A stretch of DNA of 64,000 nucleotides from contig OX597820.1 of NCBI GenBank assembly GCA_951406725.2, forward strand, positions 36,022,001 to 36,086,000. Direction: 5' to 3'. Source of the stretch: Octopus vulgaris (taxonomy: Eukaryota). A model generated the notes under the pieces. The model ran no database searches. It was not told the DNA's origin and worked only from the letters and a program-made list of their open reading frames with translations. Every line of letters starts with the position of its first letter. Within the stretch, counting starts at the first letter, position 1. Shown here piece after piece: positions 25,245 to 36,614 of this stretch. The translations under genes and the position numbers were made by a program.

Positions 25245-27384
25245 TGGGTTGATGGTATAAACAGGAGAAATAGAACTCAACACACAAAATAGAGAGTAGA
25301 ATATATGCATTTCTTATGTATTAGCTATAAAGCTAAATAGGTGACTCAAAGGCCTACTGTTTCAAGCATGGCACTTATCAGAATGGCCAAAAAAAACCTC
25401 AGAGATTTGTGAAGTGTAGATGTGGACTTATTTAAGAAACACTGAGATATATGAACCCACAGCACAGCAAGGTATGCAAAAGAAGGACTGTGTTATCAAA
25501 AACAAAAAACAAAGAAAGTCATGGAACTGAAATTAAATTCACTAATAATCGCACCGACACCACTGTCCCATCCTGACCACAGCATTTGGTTGAAACAAGT
25601 AAAAGTATAATGCATGAAACTTTAGGTCCTTGAGTCACTGATGTAGCTTTACAGTTTATATAAGTGTGTATATTTACAGCTTTGGATAGTAAATCTTTCA
25701 TTAACAGTATTTTTTCATGGAATTTTGACTAGACTGCATAAGGAACTTTGATATTCAATTAAATAAAAGATGAAATCTTATAATTCTTTCCCCCTGAATC
25801 TTACTACTTAGAATCTGTATGTTAATAAGCAAAGATCAAATGTGTGATGTTCTCATGTGGTTAATTGAAGGGAGAGGCAAAAGGAGAGAAGAATGTTAGT
25901 AGTGAGAGTCAGGAGAAAGGGATTGCTATTATGTTATGTGGTTAAATAGTGAGTTGAAAGAAAAGGTATAGTGACAGAGAAACAGAATGTATTTAGGAGG
26001 ATGTATAGTTGTAAGGAGAATCAAAGAGAGAAACTGTGCATGTCTGTCTTGGTACATGATTTTAAATGTTGTATCATAGAATATTTTTCAGGCAGACAAT
26101 AAAACTTTAATTGTTGTTACAGGTTTTAATGTTCAGACATTTCTATGTCTTCTGGCCATCGATGAATCTATCCAAGTAGACACATTGACAGATAGAAAGA
26201 TGGATGACTAGATTATATTGAGCGACAGTTATTTTAAAGGATGTGGCCATGCTGGGGCATTATTCAGTTTGTTTGTTTGTTTGCTTTTTTTTTTTTTATT
26301 AGGTTTAAATGCTTATCTGTATTGTCAGAGTAGACAGATGCATGCAACAAGAGAAGGAAAAAGTAGATATGACAGACAGACAGACAGACAAATAGGTATG
26401 TAGATCAATAGATTTACAGTTAGATAAAAAGATAGTTGAACTGAAATGGAAATAATCTTGATTGGCAAATAACTTGGACTAAGTTTTGTGAAATAAACAA
26501 GCTTTCAATTTCCCACAGATCTCAGAATATTCAGAACAAGTAATTCTTTCAAATAGTCGTACCACTAAATTTGTTGAAGTGAACTTTTGTGTGGTGTGTG
26601 TGTACGTATGATATTATCTTTAAGCATGTAAATTTCTTTCTTAAATTAAAATTTACATAATAATTAATTTCAACTGCTCTTTATTTAATTTAAAGAAATT
26701 AATTCTGAGTTTTTTAAGATTATCACCTTTTGCTTTGAGAGTTGCTAACAATTACCAATGGGTATTACTTTTCTTTATTCAATTACGAGGCAAGTTTCAA
26801 TTTTAGTTCAATTTTTTTTGTATATAATATTCAGTTTGTCAGCTTTCAATTTAATTATCCAAATTTGTGCCATTTGTCCAGTTGAGTTATTTCCCCAATT
26901 AGCTCATTATATTTATTTTTATGTATAAAAAACAGACCTTATTGCTTTGATGAAATAGTATTTGCTGTGGGTATTGAAAATTCATCAGAATAAATAATTC
27001 TATAAAACAGTCAGTTTATATCAATAATAATATATTAGAAAATAAATAGAGAATATGGTTGTGCATAAAATAATAATCCAGGTATACCACTGATGATCCA
27101 ACACTTCCTCTAATCTGGATATGAATAATTCTGTGAAGACATTTGCATATCCTATAACCATTATAAATAACGTTTTCTCCATCAAAGTTTTATGAAACAC
27201 TTTAGTTTATTCACTGGTAACGTACTGTAGTGGAACCACATTCCTTTCTTCTAGTAATATTAATTATGAAAGTGAAAATGTTGAAAACAAAATCTAACAT
27301 CATGTGCTAATCCACTAGAAAATGATATCACAAAACATAACGGTGATAAGCATGTTAATTAATAGATACCTTTAAAAAAATAAA

Positions 27385-27630
27385 TAAATGCACCCTTTTA
27401 AAGCCTAGCCAGGCTCATGGGCCCGGTTTCCTGGTTTCTATGGCGTATGTGTTTCCCACCTGGATGGGATGCCAGTTCATCACAGTGTTACTTATTTTTG
27501 CCAGCTGAGTGGACTAGAGCAACGTGAAATGGAAGTGTTTTGCTCAAGAACACACCGCATCAGGAATCAAAACTACAATCTTATGATCATGATGCTGACA
27601 CCCTAACCACTAAGCCACATGCCTCCACAA
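27385..27630 (-). mobile_element. tRNA-derived SINE, family D
   Basis: Minus-strand head GTGGAGGCATGTGGCTTAGTGGTTAGGG and GTGTTCTTGAGCAAAACAC motif. Confidence 0.7.
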
Positions 27631-28819
27631 TAAATACTTTTACTGCAGTGAATATAATATCTCAGATTAAGGTGGTGAGCTGGCAGAATCATTAGCACAA
27701 TGGACAATATTTTTAGTAATATTTGGTCTGTCTTTACTTTCCGAGTTCAAATTCTACTGAGGTTGACTTTGCCTTGCAACCTTTCAGAGTTGAGAAGATA
27801 AGTATCTGTTGAGTACTAGTCTCAATGTAATCAACTCCCCTGAACTCGCTGGCCTTGTGTCAACATTTGAAATCAATACAATGTCCAGATTGAAAGAAGA
27901 AAATCCAAAGTTAAATATATGCTGTTGATGTCAAGAGAATTAAAAAACTTTTGAGAGAATGTAAAATTATTCTTTTTTGGAACTGGACCTCAAAGCACTT
28001 GAATAAAGCTATAAACAATAGCATGTAAATATTGGTTTACATGCTATGTTCAAAAACCCATTTGGACAGAAAATGTTGAAGGCTATCCATGGGATTCAAA
28101 CCCACATCTTCAGCAGACTCAACAGGCTTTCTACCACTGGACAAAGCAATCCTTTGAATTTCTCTATCCATTTCAGAAACTATATTCTTACCAGAAAGAA
28201 TTTTGTATTGTTGATATCACAAGAATTTATAAACTTTTGAGAGAACATGAAACAATTCCTATTTGGAACTGGATCTCAAAGTACAAAGCTGCAAATAGAA
28301 GCATGTAAATATAAGGATGAAAAGCCTTTTTGGATGAAAAAAGTCAAAAGCTGCCTATGGAATATAAACCCACATCTCTTGTAGGGGCAGCCTTCAACTT
28401 TTTCTATCCATAAGGGTTTTTCAACACAGTGTATACATGTTATTATTTATAGCTTTATGTGCTTTGAGATCTAGTTCCAAAAAGGAATTATTAAAAATAT
28501 GTCTTCCATAGTTATGTTTCAAGTGAAGGTTCAGTGATTGGATCAGCACATAGCATTAGATTTTGTTTTAAATATTTTATCCTGGTTTTCTCAGCCCCTG
28601 GACCATATCCCTGCTCCCTGCATTCAAGGCAGAAATGGCTGTCCATAAGTGCAAGTCAGATTGGCTGTTCCAGCACATCTCCCTCACAACCTCCAGGGCA
28701 ATGCTTTTCCATTTTGCTTGCTGGGACCATGAGATGGTCTGACATACAGGAAATTGTACAATCCACTCCTTAATGTAAAGTTGGCTGGTTAGAAGAGTGT
28801 TTCTGCCTTTAAAAAGGTA

Positions 28820-29150
28820 AAGACACCCTTCAGTCATGAATGACCATGAGATTGCACCTAGAAAGTTCCCCTCCAAGGCACAAGTCTGGGCAAGGTTGTA
28901 TATGGAAGACCAGAAGTAGCCCATGCCTACCAACCTCTCCTCTCCATGCCACCGATGTTATCCAAAGAAAAGGCAAAGGCCAATACAGCTTGGCACCAGT
29001 GATGTCACAACTCATTTCTACAGCTGAGTGAACTGGAGCAACATGAAATAAAGTGTCTTGCTCAAGAACACAATGCACAGGCCAGTTTGGAAATCAAACT
29101 CACTACCTCATGATTGTGAGTCAATGCTCTAACCATTGAACGACGCACCT
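28820..29150 (-). mobile_element. tRNA-derived SINE, family E
   Basis: Homologous to the split copy 42416-42646 + 44467-44573. Confidence 0.8.
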
Positions 29151-30325
29151 TTATAATGTTTCTCAATAAACAAAGGTGTGTAGTGAAGGTTTAATAGCAA
29201 AAAAATTAGTAATTGCATTGTGACTGTCTTCTAGGAATTTAAACTAAATTATCTTCATATGACTTCTGTGAATCCAGCAAAACATGGCATATGTTTGAAA
29301 CTAAGTATAATAGAAAATCAGTGGTGTACCTGTAATATATTATATTGAACTCTAGCATGGTTGTGAATTTATTTGTTTCTTCATGTTAAAAACAAAAATG
29401 AAAGATTTTTTTCTTTTAATTTTAGAGCTTTTCAATAATTTTCTTTTTAAAAAATATTTGGTTCATTCCTATTCAATGCTAAATAGCTGAAGATTTTTCA
29501 AAATATATCAGTCCAACAAATCTTGTTTTTAAACTTCATTAATTTAAGATTTATTTTCCAGAATGTTTAAAATATAACAAAAATTGTTCTGTTATTTTAA
29601 TTTACAATATTTATATTTCCTTCAGTTATTTAAACAAACAAAAGAAAAAACAATTTGAAAATCTTATTTCATTGTATATTTCATTTTTTCTTTTAATTTT
29701 TATATCATGTAATAAATAAAATGATCTCTTCTCATTTTGTCCATTTTATTTGGATGATTTTCACCTCCCCTCAATATATATTGTGTTCTTAAATACAGCA
29801 TGTTCATAAGAGATCTTATCTCCAGATGAAATACCACAGTATATCACCACAGAAGGATATATAGATAACTATTTCTATCTAATGATGCTTCTATTGCATA
29901 TAATGGATTTTATTCTGCTGGGTGGCTATTCAAAACACTACTGGATGCTTATTCACTGTTCATGTATATATTGATGATGACAAATTTCATTTAAGTATGT
30001 GACTGGTTGCAAGTACATGCCAATGAAAACACCCAATGAGGCAGAAATACATCTGGTGTAGCCACTAGATGTTGCTGGAATGATTTCTATCTCCCTCCAA
30101 CATATATTGCATCTTTACACACAGCATGTCTCCATAAAAGATCATATCTCTAGATGATCACTGCAGTAAATTTGCCCTTCAACATGTATCATACCTAATG
30201 TATCATACATTAGGTATGATAGATACATAGATGTCTGCTTTGATCTAATATTATATGTTGCATATAATGGATACGAGCATATCTATACACACTCACGCAA
30301 ACACACACAAACAGTCACCAACACA

Positions 30326-31265
30326 CAGAGGCTGCATCAGTTATTTCAGAACAAAATTTAATATAAAGAAAACAAAAATATATTTATCATACAAACCAAT
30401 TTAGTACACATATTCTTACATACACGTGGCAAAATACTGTTCAGTAAAACTGCCATCAGCCACTATTACATTCTTGGTATGCCTCCTGATACAACTAAAT
30501 ATGTTAAATGATTCATGTTGGCCATAATGTCCCCAGCAGCAGACATCAATGAGTCCTTGATATTGGGAGCATGCTTGTTGTTCTCCTGCTCAATGATGCC
30601 CCAGACATTGTAGTCCAGGAGGTTTAAATCAGAAGAACTAGGATGTTAAATGTTAGGAATAACATGGTCTTGAAAATTTTTGACCATCTATAGGCGTAGG
30701 AGTGGCTGTGTGGTAAGTAGCTTGCTTATGAACCACATGGTTCCGGGTTCAGTCCCACTGCATGGCATCTTGGGTAAGTGTCTTCTACTATAGCCTCAGG
30801 CCGACCAAAGCCTTGTGAGTGAATTTGGTAGACGGAAACTGAAAAGAGGCCCATCGTATATATGTATGTATGTGTGTGTCTGTGTTTGTACCCCCAACAT
30901 CGCTTGACAACTGATGCTGGTGTGTTTATGTTCTCGTAACAACAAAAGAGACCAATAGAATAAGTACTAGGCTTACAAAGAATAAGTCCTGGGGTCGATT
31001 TGCCACAGTCAGTATGGCCACAGTCAAATGACTGAAACAAGTAAAAAGAGTATCTACTCCTGGGTCATACAGGCTTTACGAGTCTTGTTGGAATACATTA
31101 ATCCTATCCTGAGCAACTCTTTTGATCCAGAACTTGACAAATATCTTCCAATATTTTCTTGTAGGCTACCACATTGACTCTAAGACCTTGTCAGAAAAAA
31201 TTAGGTGTCAATGACATGACCCTCAGTGTTCATGATCCTTAAGATCATCACAGATGATGAGGACT
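30326..31265 (-). pseudogene. maT/DD37D-like transposase relic interrupted by SINE A (30691-31051)
   Basis: Minus strand SVMILRIMNTEGHV...VFQQDS...SSDLNLLDYNVWG; ATCTA duplicated around the SINE. Confidence 0.75.
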
Positions 31266-32689
31266 TAGTATACATAACAGTGAGGCTGGCTCTACTGATC
31301 CTCCTCCAGCTAATTTATTCCCTCTCTTCAGATGAGTTAATTCCACCATGTGAAGGAAAAATTGCACAATGCATAAAACTAAATCAATTATTGTCAACAT
31401 GGTAACAACATGACACAAGAGTAGCTTAATGGTAATCAATGAAACAATTGTAAACTAAACTATGAACATAATTTGCTCACTCCAATCTTTGCTTCCCAGC
31501 CACAAGTTTCTGGGTTCGGTCACACTGTATGACACGTTAGGTGTCTTCTACTATAGCCTCAGGTTAACCAAAGCCTTGTAAGTGAATTTGGTAGACAGAA
31601 ACTGAAAGACGCTTGTCATGTGTGTGTGTCTGTGTATTTGTCCCCAACCAGTGTTGGTGTGTTTACATCCCCATTCCCTACCTACGATACTTTTACTTCT
31701 GCATTCAGGTGGTGCACATGGCACATACTGAAATGCATGTAACAAGCAGTATATCAGTTGCAGAATGGTTTATAAATGATTATTATCTTACATTGTTACT
31801 AGATAAAAAGAATCTGTGTTAGAAATGCCATGTACATCCATAAAATAAATCAACAGAGAAAAAGTAAATTCACTTCTTGAGGGGAACACTTAACTAAATG
31901 ATACTAAACATCATTTCTGCCTCATAAAGTTGGACTCTAAAACAGCTCCTCAACAAACCAAACATAGACATTGTAAAACTCAGTTATCAGCTGAGAAACC
32001 AGTCCTGATGTGACACCAGTATTACAAATAAGAGTGAAAAGAAAGCATGGTGGAGAGGTTAAGAAGCTCACCACCCAACTGCCTGGTTTTGGGTTCAGTT
32101 TCACTGTGCAGCACATTGTGCATGTGTCTTCTACCACAGCCCAGCCCAATCAAAGCCTTGTGAATGGATTTGGAAGACAGAAACTGAAAGAATCCTATCA
32201 TATATGCACTCTAACATACATATATATTTCTTCACTGCTCATAAGGGGCCAAACAAGGACAGACAAAGGGATCAAGTCGATTACATCAACCCCAGTGTGA
32301 AACTGGTACCTTATTTATCGACCCCAAAAGGATGAAAGGCAAAGTCGACCTCAGCGGAATTTGAACTCAGAACATAACGACAGACAAAATACCGCTAAGC
32401 ATTTCACCCAGCGCGCTAACGTTTCTGCCGTGTGTTTGTGTCTCTTTGTCTTAATATCACATGATAGTGGTAAACACGCATCACCATCATAAAAGCAGGT
32501 TCCTTCATTTCCAATCTCTCATGAAAACATGTCCAGCCATAGGGAAATATTACATTGTTTAGAAACAGATGAGGGTTCATGACAGGTTAGGGAATCTTCC
32601 CATAGAAAATCTGTCCCAATAAATTCCATCCAAACCATGCAAACATGAAAAACTAAACATTAAAATGATGATGGTGACAGCTGTGGTGA

Positions 32690-33040
32690 AGAAGAGGAAG
32701 CATATATTCAGAGCAAGGTTACTGAGAAACCCAATATACGGAGCCAACGTTTGGAGAGGTTGATTTAACAATAGATTCAATGTAATTGTTCCAAGTAAAT
32801 TCTTTAGAAAAATAGTTAAAACTATAAAGCTGAAGAATAGAAAACTGAGGAAGAACATTATCTGACACAGGAATAGTAATATCATTAGACTTCCTGTAAT
32901 GACAAATGGAAAAGAAGTTTAGTTTTTTGCAGAGTTGAAAGTAACCAACCACAGTGTATTACAATCAGTCACCAAATACAGGTAGAGCTCAGGTCAAGTG
33001 AGGTATTCATCACGTTCAATCAAAGCTAAGCCTGATCAAA
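32690..33040 (-). pseudogene. Decayed non-LTR RT fragment
   Basis: FSKEFTWNNYIESIVKSTSPNVGS resembles the LINE post-RT W..HI motif region. Confidence 0.45.
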
Positions 33041-33148
33041 GGCACTCAAGGCCAGATTAAAACCTATAGAAGCCCTAAGCGTTTAAAAGATTTCGGTGCC
33101 CCCATATATATGTAATTCAACATATAAACAATAAACCATAAAATAAAT

Positions 33149-33335
33149 GCAATCTCTCACCTGTGTCTATGTTTATGCTTGTTTAAGAAACTGCTCTGAG
33201 AAGTTTTACCACACATATCACAATGGAATGGTTTCTCTCCTGTATGATTACTTACATGGTACAGTAGAGATGTCCTCTCAGAAAACTGTGTACCATAGAT
33301 ATCACATGGGTGTAGCTTCTCACCTGTGTGAATAT
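33149..33335 (-). pseudogene. Two-finger C2H2 pseudogene fragment
   Basis: [43 protein letters not shown], then a frameshift; matches fingers 12-13 of ZNF-B. Confidence 0.85.
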
Positions 33336-33509
33336 GTTTTTCTCTTTCTTTCTTCTTCTTAAAAGAATTCCTCTGTTAATCTCATATCTTGATGTGTTGC
33401 TAAATGACATTTTAGTGATGTTACTTCCTGTAGTTTGTGTCATTAAGAAAAGTTTTTCATATTAACATTTACCAAATTCAACAAATAAACACATTCTTAA
33501 AATATCCTC

Positions 33510-33676
33510 CGAGTGGCTGTGTGGTAAGTAGCTTGCTTACCAACCACATGGTTCTGGGTTCAGTCCCACTGTATGGCACCTTGGGCAAGTGTCTTCTACT
33601 ATAACTTCAGACCGACCAAAGCCTTGTGAGTGGATTTGGTAAACGGAAACTGAAAGAAGCCCATCATATTTATGTG

Positions 33677-33726
<50 letters not shown>

Positions 33727-33927
33727 CATATGTTTGTCCCTCCAACATCGCTTGACAGCCAATGCTGGTGTGTTTACGTCCCCGTAACTTAGCAGTTCCT
33801 CAAGAGACCGATAGAATAAGTACAAGGCTTATAAAGAATAAGTCCTAGGGTCAATTTGCTCAACTAAAGGCAGTGCTCTAGCATGGCCACAGTCAAATGA
33901 CTGAAGCAACTAAAAGAGTAAAAGAGT
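33510..33927 (+). mobile_element. SINE family A, full length
   Basis: Matches 1733-2131. Confidence 0.9.
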
Positions 33928-34832
33928 ATTCAGTGAAGAATTTTATCATGCCAACAGGTTGAATACGTTGCCCTCAGTTTTAATTAATTCCCACAGAAGT
34001 TCTTCGAATATTTAGAGTTTTCCTTCCTAACTTATAATTTTGAACAGAATTCTTTCTTTGTGTCAAAAACGAAGAGGTGAGAAAGAATCTACAGACATTG
34101 GGACTCACAGAGGGGATGATAGGGGACTGAGTCTCGTGGTAGTTTGTTGTGCTGAAAAGACACATCAAGCTAAGTAGAAGCATGGTTGTCCTTGCATACA
34201 GGCTTACCCACTACATCCCTAATTTTGCAGGCTTGTAGGTGCTGGTGCCACGTAAAAAGTAACCATGTCAGTGCTGCATAATAGCATCCAGTACACTCTG
34301 TAAAGTGGTTTGCATTAGGAAGGGCATCCAGCCATAGAAACCATGCCAAAATAGACAGGGAGCCTGAATAGCCCTTCAGTTGGTCAGCTCCTGTCAAACC
34401 ATCCAACCCACGCTAACATGGAAAACAGATGTTAAATGATGATGATGACATTCCTAAATTCTTAAAACAGTTCATGAAAAATCAGTAACAAGAGCTTCAT
34501 TTTTTATTTTATTAATTTTATTTATTTTTCAGTCAAAGAAGAATTATAAACAAATATATATTATAAGACACATATTTATTCAACAGGCAATATAAAAATC
34601 CAACGTTTGAGGTTATGAGTCCTGTTTAAGATTAAATGAGTAAGATATGTATAAACTGCATCAGAACTTATTTAAAAAGAAAAATGTAGATGTTTTGTGG
34701 ATAACACAAGATGCTTTAAGTTAAACTTTTTCAGATTGTTCCAAAAGAAATGTTCAATGACTCAAGCAACATTTCACCATAGTGATCAATATAATTAGAG
34801 AAATCCTTTGACCATGTATCATAGTATCATTA

Positions 34833-36614
34833 CTACAGTCCCTCACTGGTGTGAATTTTTGCATGTTTAGACAAATCAGCATTTTGTGAGAATGCCTCAC
34901 CACAGATATCACAGCAATATGGTTTCTCACCTGTATGAATATGTTTATGCCTATTTAAATGGCTACTTAAAGAGAATGCTTTACTGCAGATATCACACTG
35001 GTATGGTTTCTCACCTGTGTGAATGCGTTTATGGCAAGATAAATGACCAGTCTGAGAGAATGTTTTACCACAGATATCACAGTGGTATGGTTTCTCTCCT
35101 GTGTGAATACGTCTGTGGCAAGATAAAGCACTTCTTTGAAAGAATGCCTTACCACAGATATCACAAGAATATGATTTCTCACCTGCATGTCGGCGTTTAT
35201 GCTTGTTTAACAAACTATTCTGCGAAAAAGTTTTATCACATATATCACAGTGGAATGGCTTCTCTCCTGTATGATTACTTACATGATATAGTAAGGATGT
35301 CCTTTCAGAAAACTGTTTACCACAGATATCACAAGAATGTAGCTTCTCACCTGTATGAATACGTTTGTGGCGAGATAAATTGCTACGTTGCGAGAATTTT
35401 TCACCACAGATATCACAGTCGTAGGGTTTTTCACCTGTGTGAATACGTTTGTGGCAAGACAAAGTGCCCATTTGAGAGAATGTCTTACCACAAATATCAC
35501 AAGAATGTAGCTTCTCACCTGTATGAATACGTTTGTGGCGAGATAAATTGCTGCATTGCGAGAATTTTTCACCACAGATATCACAGTCGTAGGGTTTTTC
35601 ACCAGTATGAATACGTTTGTGGCAAGACAAAGTGCCCATTTGAGAGAATGTCTCACCACAGATATCACAAGAATATGATTTCCCACCTGTTTCACTTTGT
35701 TGATCTTTATTTAACAAAGTTTTCTGAGAGTAAGTTTCACCATTGATTTCACAGTGGGTTGGTTTCTCACCTGTATGAGTACTTAAATGGTAATGTAAAG
35801 AAGTTCTCTGAGAGAAAGCTTTACCACAGCTATTACAAGAGTATGGCTTCTCACCTGTGTGAGTACGAATATGGTTAGATAATCGCCTTCTTTCAAAGAA
35901 TGATTTACCACAGGTTTCACAATAAAATGGCTTCTCACCTGTATGAACACTTTTATGATAACGTAAAGAATTACTCTGAGAGAATGTTTTTCCACAGATA
36001 TCACAGTGGAATGGCTTCTCAACTGCATGAATATATTCATGCTGGGATAAGGCATTACGTGCAGAAAACGCTTTGTTACAGGTTTTACACTGGAATGGTT
36101 TTTCACCTGTGTGAATACGTTTGTGTTTAGATAAAGCACTACTTTCAGGAAATGCTTTATCACAAAGCTCACAGTGGAATGGTTTCTCTCCTGTATGAAC
36201 ACTTTTATGGTAAAGTAAAGTATGTCTTTGAGAGAATGTTTTACCACAAATATCGCAGCAGTATGGTTTCTCACCTGTGTGAGTACGTTTGTGACACGAT
36301 AAATTACCAATCTGAGAGAATGTCTTACCACAGATATTGCAGGTGTATGGTTTCTCACCTGTGTGAGTACGAATATGGGTAGATAATTGTCCCCTTTCTA
36401 AGAATGCTTTACCACAGATATCACATTGGTGTTGCTTCTTCTCCATATGAATTAGTTTATGTCGAACTGAATTTTTTTTCCTTGCAAATACCTTCCCACA
36501 TACATTACAAGGATATGACTTTTTTCCTGTCTTTCCCTGAGTCTGTTGCAATATATCATTATCACAAGGTTGTGTTTCATCACAAACCTGACTTAAACAC
36601 AGCTTCTCATCCAT
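34833..36614 (-). CDS. C2H2 zinc-finger protein ZNF-A, 593 aa, 20 finger units (19 intact, unit 10 degenerate)
   Basis: 33-aa leader plus 20 x 28 aa with TGEKP linkers; single coding exon. Confidence 0.97.
   Translation of the reverse strand: MDEKLCLSQVCDETQPCDNDILQQTQGKTGKKSYPCNVCGKVFARKKNSVRHKLIHMEKKQHQCDICGKAFLERGQLSTHIRTHTGEKPYTCNICGKTFSQIGNLSCHKRTHTGEKPYCCDICGKTFSQRHTLLYHKSVHTGEKPFHCELCDKAFPESSALSKHKRIHTGEKPFQCKTCNKAFSARNALSQHEYIHAVEKPFHCDICGKTFSQSNSLRYHKSVHTGEKPFYCETCGKSFFERRRLSNHIRTHTGEKPYSCNSCGKAFSQRTSLHYHLSTHTGEKPTHCEINGETYSQKTLLNKDQQSETGGKSYSCDICGETFSQMGTLSCHKRIHTGEKPYDCDICGEKFSQCSNLSRHKRIHTGEKLHSCDICGKTFSQMGTLSCHKRIHTGEKPYDCDICGEKFSQRSNLSRHKRIHTGEKLHSCDICGKQFSERTSLLYHVSNHTGEKPFHCDICDKTFSQNSLLNKHKRRHAGEKSYSCDICGKAFFQRSALSCHRRIHTGEKPYHCDICGKTFSQTGHLSCHKRIHTGEKPYQCDICSKAFSLSSHLNRHKHIHTGEKPYCCDICGEAFSQNADLSKHAKIHTSEGL

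Noticed and set aside
27085-27155. Possible minus-strand exon (YANVFTELFISRLEEVLDHQ)
   Set aside because: Weak donor and phase incompatible with the 10189 exon; may be retroelement debris
34886-35746. 286-aa antisense ORF and similar YHRYHS-type ORFs over all ZNF genes
   Set aside because: Shadow frames produced by the 84-nt periodic finger coding
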